Made by a program: the position numbers and the translations under genes. The notes beneath the pieces were generated by a model, which was not told the origin of the DNA, did not search any database, and was given only the letters and a program-made list of their open reading frames with translations. A DNA stretch of 64,000 nucleotides from Lama glama (lineage: Eukaryota), in assembly GCA_028534125.1 (NCBI GenBank), contig CM052828.1, forward strand, positions 43,028,001-43,092,000, written 5' to 3'. This document shows, piece after piece, positions 50,201-63,210 of this stretch. Each line of letters starts with the position of its first letter. Position 1 is the first letter of the stretch.

Positions 50201-50978
50201 CAAATAAAAAGTTAAATATCCTATGCATAAATATTTTTGTTTACTTTAGAGGTATATTTCTGGAGTAATATGTCTAGAAAAGGAAGATAATGCTGAAACT
50301 GGTGACAAATAATCAAGACTTGAATCAGTGATGTTAGAAAGCAGATACGATATTTTCATTTGTGCTTTTGGTTTTTTACTCACTGATACCATGTTTGAAT
50401 AATTTCATGTCATCTTGAAAATGTCTACAATTACTAATACTCCAAGTTATTAACAATATGATTCTCTCCTGACTCTTGTTTTAAACAACCCCAAAAGAAA
50501 TTGTCTTTAGATATATTAAGATATCTTACATTGCCCTGCAGTTAATATTTTATGCTACTATAATTTGCTTAAAGTTATTCATATATTCAGTTTCCTGCCA
50601 ACTCTTCCAATATTATCATTCATGTTATTTGCAATAGTCAGCATATAACAAAATAGATATCAATGTTAAACATGTAACAATTACCAATGACTTGACTTCT
50701 AAATGTTACACTTATTACATAGATTTACAATCAGAAAAGGAAGCTAATTTTATATACTCCTAAAACATCAACTCAGAATGCCAACAATGATTTCACAATA
50801 GTGACTTTAAAAGAATCTCAAATACTGTTGAAAAAACAGTAGTTATATCACTAGTTTGGGTTTGTTTTTCACTACATTCTTTAGGATAGGATATATATTT
50901 CTCTCATTTTTCACTACTATGATGGGAGAATTAAAAGAGAGAATAGCAATATATTTGGCTACTTCCAAATTGTGTCTC

Positions 50979-51595
50979 TGTGTTGCAGTTACATATGGTT
51001 TTATTATAAGCCACCCCAAAATGCAGTGGCTTAAAATCAAAACAATGCTTTGTCTTGGTTACAAATCTACAGTTTGGGCTGGGCTTGTGTTCTATCTCTA
51101 TTCTATGCGTTGTCAGCTGGGATGGATTGACTGTAGCTGAACAGCCCAGTTGCAGGTGGCTGGCACGTTAATGCAAGCTGTCAACTAGTCGCCTCAGTTC
51201 TTATCCATGTGGGCCTCTTCTCTAAGTAAGTACTTGGGCATTTTCCAAGACCAAATATTCTAAGAGGCTGAAAGTGGAGGCCAATCTCTGAAGAGCTAGT
51301 CCGGGAAACTGGCATAACATTAAATATGCCAAAATCTATCAGTAAAAGCAGTCTCAGAGCCCATCATCATTGAAAGAGAGGGGACGACCAGTGGTCGGCA
51401 GGTAAACTGCCCCTCAAAAAAGTCCTGATTTGTAGTGTATATTTCTCACTACAGCAGAAATAGAGCCACCAAATTACGTCACTGAACACAGAGTCGGAAA
51501 GAGATGTGAGCTGGTACAAGCAGATCCAGCAAACCGCTTTGTACACCCAGCCTCTTAATGGCAGGCAATGTGTGGCCACATTTCAACCAGCCACA
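50979..51595 (-). mobile_element. MLT1H-like MaLR LTR interrupted by MER63A
   Basis: CCACCCCAAAATGCAGTGGCTTAAAA...TTTGGGCTGGGCT...TCCATGTGGGCCTCT...; resumes CCTCTTAATGG...TCAACCAGCCACA. Confidence 0.85.
51388..51539 (+). mobile_element. MER63A (hAT-Blackjack) DNA transposon
   Basis: CCAGTGGT...CTGATTTGTAG...ACGTCACTGAACACAGAGTCGGAAAGAGATG...TCCAGCAAACCGCT. Confidence 0.8.
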
Positions 51596-53079
51596 TGCTG
51601 CGAATATCGGTGAAACCTGTGATTTGTAAGATAGGACTGATGTCTGCATTGCCTCACAGGTTTCTGTTGGGCACAAAGGTAGGCTGTAATTGAAAAGCAG
51701 TTTGCAATTTAATGGGTAACAGCTTCATTCTTAGAAGCTAATATGTTACTTCACCATCTGATTTTTCATCTAAAATGATATCATCAACACTGTACAACTG
51801 TTTTATTTGTTACATAGTTGTTACACACTGGTGAAAATAGTGTTTTATTTATAGACAGTTCTAAAAACTATATTGTTTCAAATGTAGGAACTCTATTTGT
51901 ATGTGAATAAACCTCCAGATTTTTAGTTCTTTCTTTCAAATATTGGGAAGAGTCCTAGAAGCTAGGTCTCCTAAATTGCACAGCAGATTTTCTTCCATTC
52001 AACTACTCTAATAAAAAGGGCCTTCTCATCGCATCATAGCTAAGGGCAATGAGAAAACATTTCAAGGTGGCATAAAAAAAGTAAGACCTTTTTTTCTATA
52101 GGCTGATATTACAAATCACATTTCATGTGTTGGAAAATCAGGTTGACTGTTAGTATTGACCCTCTTTCACAGACAGCAAATTGTTCTGAAGTTAAGCACA
52201 TATTTTAAAAGTAGTTTATTTCAACATATTGTATGTGTGTGCATGTTAAACCCATCGTCACATAGGAACTTTTAAGACAGGGATTTCCTACAAAGTATTT
52301 CAAAAATATAATACCTCATTTAACTCAGCCTTCAGGAAAAATTCATTTTATGAATTACATTTCATAAATACATTCTTAACATTGCTTATGGAGTCACTGA
52401 TTTCAGTAGAGATTTGTTATCAATTTCATTTGCATTTCTTCATGTCAGAAAGTATTTTATCAACTCTTTCAAAATTAAAGACTAAGCTAGAATGCTGGTA
52501 CTTGAAATTAGACTACTTGCCTAGATTTTAAAGAATGAATTACTCTGCTATGATATTTTTTTTGTCATCCACCTGTCTATGCAGCAAGTATTCTCCTATT
52601 TAATTCTGTTTGAAGTGCAAAACTCTTTCTTTGTTATTTATAGGCTATGACATAATATGCCATTCGCAGAAAACATTTCAGAATTTAACTCAGAGGTAAA
52701 AGTCTAAAAGTTAGAAAATATCTCAATCAGTAAGCATTTCTATATTTTTATTGAGTTGGATTGTAATTAAGATTTTATTGCCAGAAGAAAATGTATTTAA
52801 CCATACAGACTTTCTGTTCTGTAAGTTAAAAATTTAGGAAATTGTAACATCCATTTAAAAGTTGACTAGAAATATATTTTTCTCCACATTTTAAAACTAC
52901 TTTGAATGACAAAATGTCATAATTACAAATGAATGAATCGTGTGTGTATAAATCACCATGAATTATCTCAAAAACACAATGTGAATGACAAAAACATACT
53001 TCACAGTGATATACAGAGTGTCATGTATTTTCTGTACATATCCTTCAATATAAAACATCTACATATCATTGAATGCATA

Positions 53080-54400
53080 TTTATTCCATTCATCCAGAAA
53101 CTAGTTGTCTTGCCACATTAGTGGCCCAGGGACTGTTCAAGGATCTAAAGATGCACAGAAAATTCTTGCCTTCCAGTTTTTCCATTCTAGTGGTAGAAGA
53201 CAGTAAAGAAGCAAGTGTTATCCATAAAATATGTTGTACTTTGTAGGTCGGTAACAGTGGAGAAAACAATTTGGGAAGACAGGAAGACTGTATGCTGGGG
53301 GTGGAGGATATTCTTGAAACTGGAAAAAGGGAATCTGTAAACTAATTAGGTTTAAAAAGGGAAGAATTTTTTTATGGTGGGAGAGCATACCAAGTGCTCA
53401 GTTTTTGATGAATTTCTAATAGTTATTTCTAAATCAAGTCAAGTGGAGATATCAAAGAGGCTTTCAGAGAAGCAAGACAAATTTGGAGGAGAGATTCTAC
53501 CTATAGACATAAACGTGTAACTCTTCAGGGTATGGAAATACACTTAGAGCCTGAGACTTAATGACATTCCTGAGAGTGAATGTAAGCCAAACAGATTGCA
53601 AGTAGCAGTCTGTGAGACAAGTGGCAACTCAAGGAGGATACTTGGAAGCCAAGGAAAGAAAGGACTTCCCTGGAAAGACAGTGACCAGTTCGTTTCTGAT
53701 GCTGCTGTGTCTCTGGAGATGAGAACAGAGAATTAACCATTACGTTGAGCAACCTAGAAATCACTGGTTATCTCGGCATGTTGACTAAAGATATTTTGAT
53801 GTAATGATGGTGGCAAAAGCCTGACTGGAGTGGATTTAAGAGAGGAAAAGGAGGCAGGGTATGTATATTTATATATGAAATCATAAAGTGGAAAGGGGAG
53901 AAGTAGGAACAAATTAATGAATAAATAAGATTGAGGGAAGTCATGTTTTTGCCGTTGTTAACATGAATAAGAATATGATGTTTTATGTGGTAAGCATAGA
54001 TTGAGTAACAAGGAAGAAAAATGATATAGGAAACAGAAATGCTGGCACAATGACCTGAAGCAGCACTGAGGATGTGTAATCAAATGTATAAGTGGACGTG
54101 TTTAATCTAGAAAGGAGTCTGGCAGTTCAGGAGTAGAGATATTAGAGGATGTAAGGTATGATGCATGGACACGTTTAGGAGGTAGATAAAATTATGGGAG
54201 CTTGAAGATATTCTATTTTGTCAGAAAAATATAAGATAGTAATAGTAGAATGTTTGAAGTTAGAAAAAAATATAGAATAATCATTTTTCAGACTTGAAAA
54301 ATGGATGGATCATAGAAATAGAATGTGTTTGTGGAATAGCAGTGAGTGTTCAATTGAAAATTGATCATGAATTTAAACTGAGGAACAGTGTTTTCCAAAA
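53080..54400 (-). mobile_element. Long L2 fragment
   Basis: CATTCATCCAG tail; CAAGTGGAGATATCAA; GAGAATTAACCATTACGTTGAGCAAC; AAAGCCTGACTGGAGTGGATTTAAGAGAG. Confidence 0.85.
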
Positions 54401-54469
54401 TTTCTTTCCCTCTGTTCTGGACTAAGTTGTTCATAAAGAAAGTTTTAGGTAAAATTTAGAAGGTGGACG

Positions 54470-54962
54470 TGAACAACAGCTAGATTGAGGCTCAGGGTAG
54501 GATCAGATAGATGATAGCGCATTCATGGTGTCTGGAATCTGCTGACTCACCTTGTTCGCATGAAGCAGTAACTGGGCTTCCACGTCCTCCACTTCCTGCT
54601 ACATCTCCTTCAGCTCCTTGGACTCTTGGGCCACCTACGTGTTCATACCCTTGACAAATAAACCAGCCTCTTCTGCAAATCACTCATATCATTGAAGCTG
54701 GACAATTGGAGCTGTTGAGAGGTTAATACGTGTTCCAGTTCATTCTCACAAGTTTTACTTTGTCCTTGCTCTCCCTGACACAATGTCCATATTCCCTCAT
54801 GTATTTCTTGTCCTCTTCACTTCCAACCCAGCACCAGATGCAGAAGCAACAGTTGAACAGTTGTAGATGAACTGTTTCCATGCTTGCATAAACAAATCTT
54901 TATAATAATTTGTTATATACCATTAATAGTGGCCCATCTCTAAATGATCTCTGACTAATGCA
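54470..54962 (+). mobile_element. ERV-L-class solo LTR, family unresolved
   Basis: Ends CAAATCTTTATAATAA...TAGTGGCCCATCTCTAAATGATCTCTGACTAATGCA (cf. ccctgactaataca); internal TTCAGCTCCTTGGACTCTTGGGCCA. Confidence 0.65.
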
Positions 54963-55789
54963 AATACAAAATTGAGCAGGATTTCTCAAACTTCTCTTTT
55001 CTAGGGAATCTGTTTCGTTTAAGTATGGAAGTAAAAGCATATCTCTAGGAATTTTCCATATTGTTTAGTAATTTTAACATAATATATAGTAAAATATTTT
55101 AGCAAGGCATTTTATTTTAGAGTAAACATTTTTCTCATTTAATAGAAAGTTATGCTGTTTATATAAGAAAAAAATCAATGCACAGATTTTAAAATGTCAT
55201 ACCATGGTAGGTTTAGAGACAAAATACAAATTTGTGGATTGAAATTTACCACCAGTTTAACTAAAAACTGATAATTCATTTTCATAATTTTATTTATTCT
55301 AAATTATTTTTAAAAGCTTCATTTAGTCTTTTAAATCGATTTTTTAATTTATTTCAATCAAATCTTTACCACATACCCTTCCAGCAACATATGTTAAATA
55401 GTTTGAGTTGTATAACTTCTAAACAAACAGCAGACTTTGTTTTTTTAAATTACATTCCTGAAAGTACTATTTTTATAGGTTTTGCCCAGATCTCTGTCTA
55501 CTACTTTGAAAGTCTATATACATCCTGTATACTGAGCTGGTAAAATACATTAGTCTCATCGATGACAGGATACAAAAGTCAAAACATCAATTCACTTTAA
55601 AGATTATCACCCCCCCTCAGTGTTGTCTTAATGTGAAGGTGGCAGTTTTAAATTTTCACATATACTAAAAAAGTTAATATGATTTTGTTTCCTATTGTGT
55701 AGGTTTAATTTCAATCTTAGTAATTTTTATGCTTAATCTTTAACTAATGATGTTTGCAACTAAAAGTAAAGCCAAATTAAAATGGAAGA

Positions 55790-55982
55790 CCATTTTTATT
55801 GGAATATAGTGGATTTACAATGTTGGGTTAGTTTCTGGTGTACAGCATAGTGATTCAATTATTTTTTTTTCATTTTTTTCATTATAGGCTATTAGATATT
55901 GAATATAGTTCCCTTTGCTATACAGTAGGACCTTGTTAATCTACTCTATTTTATATAGAGTAGTAGCTGCAAATCCCAAACC
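55790..55982 (-). mobile_element. Artiodactyl L1 3' end
   Basis: TTGGAATATAGTGGATTTACAATGTTG...TCTGGTGTACAGCATAGTGATTC...GCTATACAGTAGGACCTTG. Confidence 0.9.
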
Positions 55983-56099
55983 TTTACAAATATTTACAAA
56001 TTAAATGGGATGATGTCTAGGATTTACTTTAAAATAATATAAGGTAGAAGAAAGGAGTATAGATGAAACAATATCCGTTAAAGTTTTGATAAATGTTGA

Positions 56100-56705
56100 A
56101 ACCCCTTCATGAGGTCACTTATCATAGGACCCTATATAGACTCAGGATGGAGGCCGGTTACCAGAAAAAGCAACCATGTGATTAGTGGGTTGGAACTTGG
56201 AGCTAGCCCAATTCCAGGAGAGGAGAGTGGCTAGAGTTGGAGTTCAAATACATGGCCAGTGATTTAATCAATCATAACTATATGATGAAATCCTCAGTAA
56301 TTCTCTGGACACCTAAGCCCAGTCAAGCTTCCTAGTTGGCGAACACACTGATGTGCCAAGACAGTGACATTCCCTGATTCCTGACGAGAAGGCCTCGATG
56401 TTCTGTGTTCCCTCCCTGAATGCATCTTATGTGTACCCAGTGTAATAAGACTCTTATTTAAGTATAGCACTTCCCTGTGTTCTGTGACTCATTCTAGCAA
56501 ATAATTACACCTGAGGGGATCTATCAGGGGCACCCCCATCTTTGTAGCCAGTTGTTCAGAAGATGGATAGCTTGAGGACACCCCTGAGGCTTGAACGTGA
56601 CATCTGAAGCGAGAGCAGTCTTGGGGATGGCTTGTCCTTTGGGATCTAACTCCAGATGGTTCATGTCACAACTGAACTATAGCATAGTACACCCAGTTGG
56701 TCAGA
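56100..56705 (+). mobile_element. MER21C/MER77-like LTR
   Basis: CTCAGGATGGAGGCCGGTTACCAGAAAAAGCAACCATGTGATTAG...TGGCCAGTGATTTAATCAATCAT...TTCTGTGACTCATTCTAGCAAAT...CACCCAGTTGGT. Confidence 0.85.
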
Positions 56706-56789
56706 CCAATTGGAATAAACTTAAATGTAAACTTCATTCAAAAGGCAATTCTTTTGACATAAAAAGGCTCTATCAAAGGATAATTTATT

Positions 56790-58011
56790 TCTCCCACATC
56801 TGTCCCTATCCTCTAATTCAAATTGGTGTCATAGAAACACCAAAATGATTATATTTCCTAAACACACACAGTGCTTATTATCTTCATGTAAATGCTCGTG
56901 ACACTCCCTTTGTCTAGAATGTCTTTCTTACATAGCATGCTGTTATCATCCAGTATGATTGATTCTTTTATACTCAGCTTAGTAATCACTTCTTCAGAGT
57001 GCCTTCCCAACTACCACCCACCAACCCCTTCCCACTCTAATACACATACCAACTGCTAAGAAAGTTGGAGTAAGAGATACCTCTTTTTTGTAGTTTTATC
57101 AGACCTTGTGTATATCTTTATTATTGTACATATACATCAACTCACAGAGCTCATGTACTGGTTTCCACAAGAATCTGTTAGCTTCTTGAGAATACAATTT
57201 TAAAAGTAACCCTCTGACACTGTTGGTAGGAATGTAATTTGATGCGGCCACTATGGAAAACAGTATTGAGATTCCTTTAAAAATAGAGTTACAGCAGTCC
57301 ATATATCTGGAGTAAACTAATTCAAAAAGATGCATGCACCTCCGTGTCCATAGCAGCACTGTATAAAATAGCCAAGACATGGAAGCAACCTAAATGTCCA
57401 GAGACAGATGACTGGGTAAAGAAATTGGGTGTATGTATGTGTGTATACACACACACAATGGAATATTACTCAGCCATTAGAATGAACTATGCCATTTGCA
57501 GCAACATGGCTGGACCTAGGGATTATCATACGAAGTGAAATAAGTCAGAGAAAGACAAATATCATATGATATCACTTATATGTGGAATCTAAAATGATGC
57601 CAATGAACTTATTTTCAAAACAGAAACAAATTCACAGAAAACAAACTTATGTGTACTAGGGAAGTGGGGCAAGGAGTAAATTAGGAGTTTTGGATTAGCA
57701 GATACAAACTACTATATATAAAATTGATAAACAACAAGGTCCTACTATATAGCACAGGGAACTCTATTCAATAGCTTATAATAACCTAATATAATATATA
57801 TGTTATACATATATAATAAGAATATATATGTATAACAGAATCACTATGCTGTACACTAGAAACTAACAACATTGTGAGTCAACTACACTTCAATAAAAAA
57901 AGAATATCATTTATCTTCCTGATTTTTTTATGCCCAGGATCTGGCCCAACTATTTCAATGAAGTATGGGCAATAAATGTTTGTTGTGGGAATTACCTGAA
58001 TGAAGTGAATG
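56790..58011 (+). mobile_element. L2 3' region interrupted by an L1
   Basis: TGTCTAGAATGTCTTTC...ACTCAGCTT...GCCTTCCC...AGCTTCTTGAG, then the L1, then GCAATAAATGTTTGTTG...TGAATGAAGTGAATG. Confidence 0.75.
57201..57900 (+). mobile_element. 5'-truncated artiodactyl L1 (ORF2 C-terminus and 3' UTR)
   Basis: ORF 57344 IAALYKIAKTWKQPKCPETDDWVKK...TMEYYSAI is the L1 ORF2 C-terminal motif. 3' end CAACTACACTTCAATAAAAAAA. Degenerate TSD AGAATACAATTT / AGAATATCATTT. Confidence 0.95.
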
Positions 58012-59079
58012 CATTTGTATACATGTCTTTCATAATGTGCTTTTGTTGTTCTCTAGGTCTAGGTTTATTATGTTATTTGACTTATTCTGTGTAAGTTATT
58101 TATAATTTAATTAAATAAGCAGGCATTTCTGTTAGATAGGCAGCACTGTTTTCCTTTTGCTACTTTTTTTCTATAAATTTCCTTCATATTCAAATTAATC
58201 TATTCCAATCACTTTGTGCATTTTCCTCTTTCAATTTGAAATGTCCTTCTACATTTTCATAGAAATATTTTGTAATTACGCTGAAATCTGGACATCTGAA
58301 GTCTAAATAACATATTAATCTTGACAATATGGTACTGACATAAGGTTAGATCTTAAGTTTGATGGTTATACAAATGTCATATTTATCACTCAAAGTAATT
58401 AACTAACTGCTGAGTAGTGAGATCCTTAATTATTCTATTAGAATTAATCTTCATTACACTGATTTGATTTTTTCTCTACAGTGTATGTAGAGCAGACTAT
58501 AATGTCACTTATTGAGATGATGAGTGAAAATTTCAGTCACTCTAAGTACATGACCTGTGTGCAATTAAAAATATGAAGCAAGAAATTTGTATTTTTTCCC
58601 CTTAAAATCACAGTTGCAACTGTATAGGCCCCTGGACCCCTGCTGTAAGATAGTTAAGAATAATTATCAGAATTATCAGAATCTTCTAGGAGAAAATTTT
58701 CCATAAATACTTTTGTCATCCAAAATTTTTAAATCTTGTATATAGAGAATGGAAAAGAATACAGTTATATCTCTATATACCATTGTATTTTCTTCTAAGC
58801 TATTTCTTTGTAATTTTGTAGACACGGATTGAATTTGTTTATGCTTGAGACACTCTTTCATCCAGGTTACTATGTCCATTTGCAGGCATTATTGTGGTTG
58901 AAAAGTTAAAGTAATATATATTCTCTATTTTAAAAGAACTGTACATTACCATTAGAAAGGAAGTAAAAGTCAAATCTTTCAGCAACTGCAGAAAACATGC
59001 CCTGCTCAGGACCCTGCACAAACGCCTCACTCAACAATATTTACGAATGAGTAAACATATACATGGAATTAAAATCACA

Positions 59080-59520
59080 CCGTATTACTGAGCTTTTCCT
59101 GGAAATTAGCACCAGATCCATTCATCTGTTTCCATATACATCATCCCAGATTAAAACATTTTCATATTTATAATTATTTTCTGCTATAGTCTAGAAAACC
59201 TCATTCCATTTCTGATTTTAAAGTCCCAACCATTCTTAAATATTGAGCTCAAGGCACATCTTATTGATGCCTGTAGCTTAAAATTAATTTCCGTTTTCTT
59301 TGGTGCTGTCATACAGTGTATCACAATTTAGTACTCTATTGCCCTTACACTTTTTAATCTGTATAAATTGTGCCCATCTAGTTGGATAAAAAGCTCTTTC
59401 AGATCACCAATAAGGTTTTATTTTTCTATGTCCCTATTTCAACAACAACCCAACAAATACAGTGCCAAACACTGGCTGGATATATTATATGTAAATGACT
59501 GATTAATAGAATGACTGACT
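59080..59520 (+). mobile_element. L2 3' fragment
   Basis: TAGTCTAGAA...ATTCTTAAATATTGAGCTCAAGGC...CAGTGCCAAACAC...GAATGACTGACT. Confidence 0.55.
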
Positions 59521-59737
59521 AAACTTTCTACTCAGTTTGACCTTTTCTAAGAAGACTTCCAAAGTGAAGAGCCTTAGGGTAATAAATTAGACAATTTGAA
59601 TAATAATGTATCTTCCTTTGGGGATTTATCCTTATTCATTCATATTTAAATGAAAAACAGTTGCATATATATGACTATCAATTTAATACAGAGAGACACA
59701 AAAGGCACAAAGAGACTAACAATGTGAATATGTTCAC

Positions 59738-59930
59738 CTTAGAGTGTTAGCTCTGGAACCAACATGCCTAGATTCTTCTCTCAGCCCTTTCAGATGTCAG
59801 CTCTTTTATGTTGAGTAGGCTACCTAACTTGTGTGTCTTATGATTTCATCCATAAAATGGTGATAATATGTAACCACTTCATATTTTTTGATGAAAAAAT
59901 AAATGGGGGATAAATGTGAAATAGACTAAA
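59738..59930 (+). mobile_element. MIR SINE
   Basis: GCTCTGGAACCAACATGCCTAGATTC...TACCTAACTT...TTCATCCATAAAATGGTGATAATA. Confidence 0.7.
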
Positions 59931-62479
59931 CTTGTGTGTATATATGTATTACACAATCTAGGTTATGAGCTGTAATATATGCATACATGTATATACACAG
60001 ACAGCTCATAACTTATTCTATATTGTGATTACCGTAATATAATGCCATTCTTAGTCTTTCAAGACTCATTAAATTGTTTGCAGGATCTACATAAAGAAAA
60101 TATCAAGTCAACCTCTGGGAAAGTACCTACATTTCTATGAGGAGACTGAGTAAAGTATTTAGTATGAGCTAGAAAAAATCCTCAAGGTCAGGAAAAGGAT
60201 AGTTTGAGTACCAAAGAGCATGTGTCATTTAGATCACCTTCTGACTCAGCCTGCAGGGACTGACGCCTGAGTCCTAGGAGAAAATGTCAGTAAAATATAT
60301 ATCTGACATTTAAAGGAAAAGGCAACGTGGTCCTGTAGTGTACATACAGGAGCATAATGAGGATTATTGTTGGCAGATGATGACAAAGACAAGCACGTAA
60401 GATAGATCCAGAATGAGGAGCAGCTGGTAAGGCTTATTCGTTTTTGAGGCACTAGTTCAAGAGGCAGATGAGAAATGTGATTTTGCTAAGGTTCAGAGCT
60501 GATTGTGGTTCTGGGGTGCTTTCCTAGCATTTTGGTAGTATTCGCAGCATCCTGCCATTAGTTACAAGAGCTAGCATGCCAGGAAACAAATGGAAAAGAA
60601 AAAGCTGGACACCACAGAGCAAGTCACTAAATGCTATATGACTTCCCTAAAATTTTTAAATAGAATAGAAATAAAACATAGGCTTTCCTTTTCTGATCTG
60701 GTGTTCTTTGTGCTGTACTTGAATGCCATCTTTACCTACACATTCATATCTTGCTGATCTTCAAAGTCACATGGAAGGTATTTTAAAAATCCATAATATT
60801 GAGTCACTGAGCCATCATTATTCACTGACAGTCAGCTTTGGAAGCCACTGACCTAGGCTATGAATCATTCTGTTTTAAACCTTCCATTACACCTTCAGCT
60901 CTGAAATCAGGTAGCCTAGGTAGGTATCTTATTCCAGCCATATAATTAGCTATCTGCTCTGGGACGACTTTTCAGACCTTCATAGACCTCTTCTTTGATT
61001 AGACCTATTTAGCAACAATGTTGTAAAAGTTACAAATAACATGATATGACATGTCACAGATCCTCAATAAATGACATTTGTTATAAGGTGAATAATGATG
61101 GTCTAATAAAAATTGCCCTAGCATACTATAAATGTTAATTTATATACCTTTTAAAATCAATATGTTAGTCATTATATATGGCACATTTAAAAATCACTTA
61201 TTTTCTTAACATTTTAGCATTGCAACCCCAACAAAGTATAACAAACTCTAAAAAGATTAACTTCAAAATCAATGAAATTTTTACTGAACTGAAATCCTTC
61301 CTATTCTATTCTATGTGAGTTATAAATTTTTACATACATAAAACAGTTTTCACAGTTAAACTACTTTGTTGAATTACATACCAAGGAACTATTATTACTT
61401 ACTATTTTAATTCTAAGGACAGTCTACCTAGTGATTTTTTAAATGACTTGATTGTTTGGTTTGTTAGTTGTGTTTGTTTTTATTAGTACTTATAAAATTA
61501 AATCCAAATATTTTCAGGAAAAGAGAAGTTAAATTTTTGATTTCCTCGATCGATTTTCCCAATCTGTAGGATTTTGATGAGTCATCTGTGACTTGGAATC
61601 TCAGTTAGCAAAATACTGTTTACTTTAGATTTCATTATTTCTATGTTTCATAAATTAGTACAAAATTCACAATTTTACCACTCACCTTTTAAAATATTCT
61701 AATATAAGAAATACAGTACATATATGAGATTCAGAGATTATATGAAAAAGTTTATATATAACATAATACTTAATCCAGTTTTATATCTTCCTGTAAACCA
61801 ACATGAAGTGAAAGTAGTAGATACTTATATAATAGTGGAATTTTCTGTTCCTTTTTTAATGTATTTCTAGAAACCTATGCAATGACTTAAATACTTTTTA
61901 CCATACTCACACACCTGTGACAAAACCTTCTCTACTGATGGTATAAATAGATTTGACTGCTTCCTCACTGCAATCTAGTTACATCTTTCACAGTGAATGT
62001 TTCAAAGTGGCACTGTTGTTTTCTAGGTATATATCATATATAAGCACAGATATTTTAATATAGAAACTACTGAATGTAGAAACAATGGCACATATTATTT
62101 AATGTTATTTTTGAAGATACAAATGAACATTTTTATTTCTTCCAAAGTGTTTAAACTAAAGATAAAATTCTTTACTAAAGAGATTTTTTAAGTACTTTCA
62201 GTGCTTCATGGTCCTAATTTGTAATGTTCCTGGCCAAAATTTAAAATGTAATTAGTGTCAGTATTCAGCAGGATTCTGAGAATCAGCAGATATTGTCCTA
62301 ATTTTTCAAACTTTAGAAATCCATTCTACTACAAAGACTCCAAAATACAATAAATAATGTATTTGAGAGCTGTCATTAAATTTCTATTGTATGCAATAGC
62401 AATAAAATAATTGTAATTACAACACATGTACTGAATTTGCTTGACATTTAAATTATGTAAGGATAAAGATATGTTTCTG

Positions 62480-63210
62480 ATCATAAAAGAAACATAGAAG
62501 ATATACTCTTTGTATTCAAAGTGCCTTCAATCAAACATAGAAGCTGGAACCTACTTTAATAGAAAGTAGATTAAATTATCATTGTAATACACATACAAAT
62601 AATTCAAGTTGATCATAAGACGATGGGATTATTCATCTGGGTAAGGAAATGGAAGAAATCATGATAAAGAGATTTGGGTTCAACCTTAGAAGATAATATG
62701 TTTTGAACAGGTAGAGAAGGAAAAAGAAGGGAGGAGTTTTAGAAAAGGAACAGTTTGGGTAAGTCCCATATGCACATCTTTTCAGAGAATGGCAAATTGG
62801 TATCTGGCAGAAGTGTAAGGCAGTCCTGGGGACAAAAATAAAGATGGAAAGGTACAGTGATGGATTCCAGAAGGTCCTGTATATAGATTTATGGAGCTTG
62901 GTTTATAATAACTCACTAAACAATTATGGAAAAGAATAACGGAACCACTAAACATAGTATGATGAATTTATAAATAAATCAAGAAGTTAGATTCTGAGTG
63001 AATAATTAGACGACTGCTAGGCAACAGCTTATGAAATCTTGAGTGGGCAATGGAGTGGGGTAGAAATAAGGGAATAAAGAAATTACAAAACAATTTAGTG
63101 TATTCTCTACAGAATTTTTACACTAAAATTTAACCCTCATGTTAGAGAAATGAGAAAGGAAAGGGAGTGACTTTGAGATTTAGTCTTGGTAGTTGAGAGG
63201 ATATTACAAC
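62480..63210 (-). mobile_element. Degraded L2 fragment
   Basis: GGAAATGGAAGAAATCATG...CCTTAGAAGA...GATGGAAAGGTA...GGAACCACTAAA...ACTGCTAGG pattern. Confidence 0.55.
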
